DNA of 31,666 bases from a virus (taxonomy: Duplodnaviria; Caudoviricetes). The notes beneath the pieces were generated by a model that worked only from the letters and a program-made list of their open reading frames with translations, was not told the DNA's origin and did no database searches. This document shows, piece after piece, positions 26,981 through 31,666 of the stretch. The stretch is from the IMG/VR virus record IMGVR_UViG_3300026125_000014, positions 1-31,666 of that record; one strand, 5' to 3'. The translations under genes were made by a program, and so were the position numbers. Position 1 is the stretch's first letter. Each line of letters begins with the position of its first letter.

Positions 26981-27967
26981 TTAAAATGTGAATGCTTCTG
27001 CTTGCCAACCACGTTCATACTGATTACCAACGCTAGAGAAGAAGTCATTCATAGCGTAACCATTAATACCTTTGTAGAACCATTCACCGATAGGGTTATA
27101 TGTTACTTCAAAGAGATTAGGGTATCCCATGTTTCTCAGACACATATTGATGCGTGACTGAACAAAGTAGTCTAGCTGTTTTGCTGAGACTCCTTCGATG
27201 TCTCCTTTTTCAAAGAGCTTTTCGATGATTCTTTGTTCGTGTTTGTAGACTGTGACAGCCATACTTGTGATCTCATCCTGGAGCGTCTTACACTCTGTCT
27301 CAGAAATCTGTTTCGCATCTTGTTTCTCCTTTAGTAATTGCTGGAACAACCAACCAGAAGCTTCTGAGTGTAGAGCTTCATCACGAGCTGAGAAGTTAAT
27401 TCCAGAGACAACGTTAAGAAGTTTATTCTTACCTTGAGACTGGAAATGTTTTAAGAAAGCAAATGAAGAATAGAGGATAGCACCTTCAGCGAATGTGAAT
27501 GCACCTAAAGAGTACAAGTCATCATTACGTTTGAAGATATCTTCTAGTACTTGGATACGCTCTGCTAGTACTTCATCATCCTTGTAGGAGTTATAGAAGT
27601 CATCAGTAGCTATCTTAAGTTCCTCATTAAGCTTAGCATAGAAGGGTGCATGTACAGATAGTTCCATAGCTGAGAATAGACTAGCCATAGATTGAATGTC
27701 TGGACGAGGGAATTTCTTCATTACAAATCCAGACCAGAACTCATCACCAATAATTAACTCATACTTAACAAATAGTTTTAGTACAGTAATAGTGGCATGA
27801 CGTTCTGCTTCAGTCATGTTAACTAGAATATCTTGTACGTCTTTCTCTACACGTACTTCTTCAGGAGGCCAGAAGATACTAGCCTGTTTATCTCTAAACT
27901 CAATTGCTTGAGGGTAGTCAACAGTGAAAGTATCTTTAGGGGTTTGCATCTGAACCTTGCTCATCAT
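26981..27967 (-). CDS. nrdB: Class I ribonucleotide reductase beta subunit
   Basis: FWPPEE, E70, E102-x3-H106-x3-Y110, EGAILYSSF, RDEALH, C-terminal DFFS...Y; adjacent to nrdA. Start may be 27964. Confidence 0.95.
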   Translation of the reverse strand: MMSKVQMQTPKDTFTVDYPQAIEFRDKQASIFWPPEEVRVEKDVQDILVNMTEAERHATITVLKLFVKYELIIGDEFWSGFVMKKFPRPDIQSMASLFSAMELSVHAPFYAKLNEELKIATDDFYNSYKDDEVLAERIQVLEDIFKRNDDLYSLGAFTFAEGAILYSSFAFLKHFQSQGKNKLLNVVSGINFSARDEALHSEASGWLFQQLLKEKQDAKQISETECKTLQDEITSMAVTVYKHEQRIIEKLFEKGDIEGVSAKQLDYFVQSRINMCLRNMGYPNLFEVTYNPIGEWFYKGINGYAMNDFFSSVGNQYERGWQAEAFTF

Positions 27968-28572
27968 GTTTCCTTTATTTCTTCGAGTTTTATTTTGAGA
28001 TAGTCTTCACCACGTTTAACGTGAAACTTCTCTGCCGTTACTTTGAATATGATAACATCATCAAAGCCAAACCAAGATTGCATAGTATCTAGAGTAGTCT
28101 TAATGCAGTTATCTACATCAGATCTCTTACTACTATAACCAAACTCTAATTGAGCTTCTAGCCTAGTCTGATTATCTCTTACTCTATCTGGGCAAGAGAA
28201 ACCTTGTAGGTATGGTATCATATCTTCCTGAAAGTTCATGTAATCCCTAGACTTTTTCTTATTCATGTACCATGCTTTGTTAACACTAATAGGTTTAACT
28301 AAAGCGTGACACTCGAATGTCCAAGGATCGTCATGATTGTCCTCATTTATAATGGATTGTGACTGATCATAAGCTAAACACATGTTACCTGCATTGGAAT
28401 GGAAGACTATTAAGTCTCCCTCCCATTTAGGCTCAAGCTTATAACGCTCTATATACATAGGCTTAGCTCTGATCTCACCATAGTTAGTTTTAACACTAAC
28501 AAATCCTGCTTTGTCAGTTCTCTTTCCGATACTCTTTATATTAACATCGTAGAGTACACTGAACTCGCTCAT
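27964..28572 (-). CDS. rusA: RusA-like Holliday junction resolvase with extra N-terminal domain
   Basis: C-terminal half 'KPISVNKAW...SDVDNCIKTTLDTM...FDD' matches the RusA DxDNxxKxxxD...DD motif; RBS GAGGA. Confidence 0.8.
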   Translation of the reverse strand: MSEFSVLYDVNIKSIGKRTDKAGFVSVKTNYGEIRAKPMYIERYKLEPKWEGDLIVFHSNAGNMCLAYDQSQSIINEDNHDDPWTFECHALVKPISVNKAWYMNKKKSRDYMNFQEDMIPYLQGFSCPDRVRDNQTRLEAQLEFGYSSKRSDVDNCIKTTLDTMQSWFGFDDVIIFKVTAEKFHVKRGEDYLKIKLEEIKET

Positions 28573-28583
28573 ATTTAAATCCT

Positions 28584-30428
28584 CTAGTGAACTTCATAGT
28601 AGTCTCTCCCTACAAGTATGTCACCAGCCTCCATGATCTCTACACCAAATTGTTTAGGTGCTTCAGCGAAGTAGTGTTGTATAATATGCTTACAACGATC
28701 TACATATTCAGGTTCAACTTCCCATGAACACTCATCGTGATACATCAGTAGTTGTTTAGCTGGTATGTCATTGTCTTCAAAGGCTTTATTAATACTAACG
28801 ATAGTGTTCTTCATTAGTATTGCTTCAGCTGATTGAATCAAATAGTTAACTGCTTTGTAAGGTTCTTCCGTATAGACTTTACGTCCATCTAATCCTGGAA
28901 TCCAGCCATTAAGTTTAGCTGTGTCCTGAGCCTTCTCAATAAGAGTAGAGAAGTTAGGTATCCCTCCGATTAGTTTATCCCTGATCTTCTTACCTTCTGA
29001 TTGACTTCCCTTAATAATTGCTGCGCACTTACCTGCTCCAGCACCGAAGATAATCGCAAAGAATAACGGTTTAGCTGTATGACGCTGTACTCCAGCGATA
29101 TCCGCATGACGTTGATGGGCATCACCATTAAGTACTGTATCAGTATACTCTTCATCTTTAAGATAATGAGCCAGTAATCGTATCTGATAAGACGCTCCAT
29201 CAGCACTGATAATGACTTTATCTTCTGGACAGATAAACAGTTCACGAATCTCTTTTCCATATACTGCATTTCCATTAGGTATGTTAGCAATTACTTTATG
29301 TGAGTGACGACCTGTAGCTGTCCCTAAGTCCATCACATCACCTCGAAGACGACCATCTCCATTATCTTGTTCCATCCATCCTTGAAGGATACTTCTACGA
29401 GAACGAAGAGTATAGTAGTCTGCTATCATATCTGCATGAGGATGACCAATAGCTTTGATGTCCTTCTCATTTAGCTTTGGACCAGTCTTAATGAATTCAC
29501 CACCGACTTTCTTCCAATTCCATTCAGTCCACTTGATGCCTAGCTCTTCAAGATAGTTCTTTACACTATCCTGTTGACCCATACCTGCTGGAATGACTTG
29601 TTGTCTCTGAAACTCAGTACCTGCTTCCATTGGAGGTTCAGCTTTCAATGCATCTTCAGGTGATACATGCTTACCTAAGTACTCTCCTATTACCCTTGCA
29701 GATACAGCAGTGTACTCTCCATTCTTCTTGTACTGAGGCTTCTTAGGTTCTTTATCAATAAGCTTAATGATGTTACCTAAGTGTGGCTCAACGGTATCTT
29801 CTATCTCCTTCATCTTACTAGTGATCTCACCAATAAGTTCTTGACACCGTTTGAAATCAAACAACCATCCATTCTCTGTTTGCTCTGCTACATAATGAGC
29901 CATGTCATGTTCCATACGGAGTGCCTGACGATACTTAGGATACTTATCTATCCAAGTCTTAGCTTCATGCATAACAAAGCGATAGATCTCTTCATTGACT
30001 ATACAGTCTTGCTTACAGTAACGTAACATCTCTTCACTGTAACCTGAGAAGTCATGGAAGTCTATCTTAGGATAACCTAAATACTCACCCCAAGCTGCTA
30101 GAGAGTGTTTACCCTTTAGTCTCTTGTTAGGCCAGTTATTTAAGCGAGACACAATAAGAGTGTCAATAACATTAATGCCCTTGGGCAGTGTATACCCAAG
30201 GACTTTCTTTAATGCTGGAATATCATAACGAACTCCATTATGTGCTATCAAAGTTGTTACATTCTCTTTGATCCAGTCTTCCATATCAGATAGCGGTCGA
30301 TGGGCTGGATCATCATCAGTAAATACAGTGAACTCTTCTGTACCTACTTTCTTAAAGACAACCATGTATATATGGTTTATCTTAGGTAGTAAGTCATTAG
30401 CTTCAATGTCGAATATATACTTACTCAT
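28584..30428 (-). CDS. polA: Family A DNA polymerase with 3'-5' exonuclease (T7 gp5-like)
   Basis: FDIE, HNGVRYD, YCKQD, TATGRHSH, DGASYQIR, RHTAK...FGAG, NYLIQS, HDE; start at ATG 30428 behind AAGGAG. Confidence 0.96.
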   Translation of the reverse strand: MSKYIFDIEANDLLPKINHIYMVVFKKVGTEEFTVFTDDDPAHRPLSDMEDWIKENVTTLIAHNGVRYDIPALKKVLGYTLPKGINVIDTLIVSRLNNWPNKRLKGKHSLAAWGEYLGYPKIDFHDFSGYSEEMLRYCKQDCIVNEEIYRFVMHEAKTWIDKYPKYRQALRMEHDMAHYVAEQTENGWLFDFKRCQELIGEITSKMKEIEDTVEPHLGNIIKLIDKEPKKPQYKKNGEYTAVSARVIGEYLGKHVSPEDALKAEPPMEAGTEFQRQQVIPAGMGQQDSVKNYLEELGIKWTEWNWKKVGGEFIKTGPKLNEKDIKAIGHPHADMIADYYTLRSRRSILQGWMEQDNGDGRLRGDVMDLGTATGRHSHKVIANIPNGNAVYGKEIRELFICPEDKVIISADGASYQIRLLAHYLKDEEYTDTVLNGDAHQRHADIAGVQRHTAKPLFFAIIFGAGAGKCAAIIKGSQSEGKKIRDKLIGGIPNFSTLIEKAQDTAKLNGWIPGLDGRKVYTEEPYKAVNYLIQSAEAILMKNTIVSINKAFEDNDIPAKQLLMYHDECSWEVEPEYVDRCKHIIQHYFAEAPKQFGVEIMEAGDILVGRDYYEVH

Positions 30429-30732
30429 TATCTTTCTCCTTAGATTTATAAGGACACTCTTCAGTGCCACATAAAGAAGAAGCTACTTGTTTCCTCAACT
30501 CTTTAACTTCTTCAGGTGCATAATTATTTAACTTAAATACCTGTTCAAATGTATGAAAGCAACGATCTGCTCTAGCGTTAACTAGTTCTTGAAGACCTAA
30601 TAGCGCATTAGCTATTCTATCTGTATCCCAAGTAATATTACTATCATAGATAGATTCCCAGATAACTTTAATATCATCTGCGGTCTGCCATAGATTCATA
30701 ATATCCTGTTCTAAATCAAAACGATCTCTCAT
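30421..30732 (-). CDS. Hypothetical phage protein (103 aa)
   Basis: RBS GGAGG, ATGA overlap with upstream gene, short overlap with polymerase start. Confidence 0.8.
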   Translation of the reverse strand: MRDRFDLEQDIMNLWQTADDIKVIWESIYDSNITWDTDRIANALLGLQELVNARADRCFHTFEQVFKLNNYAPEEVKELRKQVASSLCGTEECPYKSKEKDNE

Positions 30733-30929
30733 TTGTCACCTCCAATTTCTAGTAGTGTTTGATGAGTAGTAGTTACTTTACGCATTTCTAAACGAATATG
30801 CTTAGAGCCTCTTTCTTTACAGGTTGTCATGAATTGTTCTGCTTCAAGTCTATTATTGAACTTGGCAATACGTTTGCTGTTGTTATCTTGATAAGCTGAT
30901 ACGATAAATGTTACTTCGATTGAAGACAT
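30729..30929 (-). CDS. Hypothetical protein (66 aa)
   Basis: RBS AAGGAG; first gene after the tRNA cluster; coupled to next ORF. Confidence 0.75.
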   Translation of the reverse strand: MSSIEVTFIVSAYQDNNSKRIAKFNNRLEAEQFMTTCKERGSKHIRLEMRKVTTTHQTLLEIGGDK

Positions 30930-30948
30930 AATGTTTCTCCTTAGTTTA

Positions 30949-31033
30949 TGGTGCGGATAGTCGGACTCGAACCGACATGGGTTTCCCCGACAGATTTTAA
31001 GTCTGTTGTGTATACCAATTCCACCATATCCGC
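30949..31033 (-). tRNA. trnL: tRNA-Leu(TAA)
   Basis: GCGGATA/TATCCGC acceptor, ACAGA-CTTAAAA-TCTGT anticodon arm, long variable arm, GTCGG-TTCGAGT-CCGAC T arm, encoded ACCA; 85 nt. Confidence 0.96.
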
Positions 31034-31042
31034 ATTAGTTAT

Positions 31043-31137
31043 TGGCCTCAGGGCACCCTTAGGAGCTAGGCATATAGGCTTTTGCTTTACGTTATGACAG
31101 CTTTTAACTGAGAGATCATAACAACTAAGACCCTGAG
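31043..31137 (-). ncRNA. Putative CCA-ended, tRNA-like structured RNA of unknown function
   Basis: 5'-CTCAGGG...CCCTGAG-G-CCA-3'; internal helices CTTAG/CTAAG, GTTATGA/TCATAAC, CAGTT/AGCTG; 7- and 9-nt spacers to the flanking tRNAs. Confidence 0.7.
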
Positions 31138-31144
31138 ATAATAG

Positions 31145-31220
31145 TGGCCTCCCCGACAGGACTCGAACCTGTAATCGTCTGCTTAGAAGGCAGATGCATT
31201 ATCCATTATGCTACAGGGAG
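31145..31220 (-). tRNA. trnR: tRNA-Arg(TCT)
   Basis: CTCCCTG/CGGGGAG acceptor, TCTGC-CTTCTAA-GCAGA anticodon arm, ACAGG-TTCGAGT-CCTGT T arm, encoded GCCA; 76 nt. Confidence 0.96.
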
Positions 31221-31226
31221 ATTGGT

Positions 31227-31418
31227 TTACTCTTCCGAGATAGTCTGACCAATATTGAATTGATCTATATCATATTGATTATACTCTGCATCATTATAAT
31301 GCTTAGTAAATTTAGATAGAGCATCTAGTGCTCCTCTATAGCTACGATAAACACCTATAACTCTTGAGTCTCCTGCTGGAGTATACTCAGTTATAACATG
31401 AACACTATCTTTCTTCAT
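31227..31418 (-). CDS. Hypothetical protein (63 aa)
   Basis: Start placed at ATG 31418 behind AAGGA (track start 31460 has no clear RBS); 'VIGVYRSYRGA' resembles small early phage proteins. Confidence 0.65.
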   Translation of the reverse strand: MKKDSVHVITEYTPAGDSRVIGVYRSYRGALDALSKFTKHYNDAEYNQYDIDQFNIGQTISEE

Positions 31419-31478
31419 TGTTTTTCCTTGGATGAACTTGATAAGCCAGTTTATACTCATGGCTTAGGAGTCAACATA

Positions 31479-31664
31479 TTATTTAGCGTAGTATTCTTTT
31501 ACTTCCTTTAAAGACTCTTCACCGATATCTTCAAGACACATTTCAATGTCTTTGAATACATCCTGAAGCCAAGCGTAACTCTCAGTGTCACCAGTCTTAG
31601 CTAAAAGATTAGCTACATGGAGTCTCTGATTACTCACTTGCTTTAAAAGGAATTCAATACTAGT
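31479..31664 (-). CDS. Hypothetical protein, 5'-truncated by window edge
   Basis: Open frame from the edge, TSIEFLLKQVSNQRLHVANLLAKTGD...EYYAK then TAA at 31479-31481; same strand as the operon. Confidence 0.6.
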   Translation of the reverse strand, partial: TSIEFLLKQVSNQRLHVANLLAKTGDTESYAWLQDVFKDIEMCLEDIGEESLKEVKEYYAK

Positions 31665-31666
31665 TT

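Noticed and set aside
20075-30474. Short ORFs nested in replication genes (e.g. 22472-22789, 25543-25881, 25698-26141, 28970-29290)
   Set aside because: Overlap conserved enzymes and have no independent support.
31448-31474. Sigma70-like promoter on - strand (TTGACT...TAAACT) upstream of the tRNA cluster
   Set aside because: Spacer is 15 nt, outside the usual 16-18, and such hexamers are common in AT-rich DNA.
1-31666. Stop-codon recoding, introns or inteins
   Set aside because: Standard-code ORFs tile the window, both tRNAs are sense tRNAs, and polymerase, helicase and RNR are compact and uninterrupted.

Overview
AT-rich segment of a lytic podovirus-like dsDNA phage (Caudoviricetes) with two convergent operons meeting at a bidirectional terminator (~19300-19340). 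The + strand (1-19271) carries tail genes (tail tube/stabilisation protein, FN3-repeat protein, repeat-rich tail fibre), then a set of internal virion (ejection) proteins. One of these has a lytic transglycosylase domain, one an N-terminal staphylococcal-nuclease domain, and the last is a 1259-aa protein. The - strand (19341-31666) carries a T7-like replication module: single-subunit RNA polymerase, primase-helicase, dCMP deaminase, 5'-3' exonuclease, class I ribonucleotide reductase alpha/beta, RusA-like resolvase, family A DNA polymerase, small ORFs and a tRNA cluster. Main observations: (1) the 1259-aa protein holds all T7/N4-type RNAP motifs in order but strongly diverged, so the phage appears to encode two single-subunit RNAPs tail-to-tail, one probably virion-packaged and about a third the size of N4 vRNAP; (2) a 95-nt RNA with a perfect 7-bp acceptor-like stem and G-CCA end, but no tRNA arms, sits exactly between tRNA-Arg and tRNA-Leu; (3) an ejection protein has an apparently intact thermonuclease active site. 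All calls come from reading motifs by eye; no database search was run.
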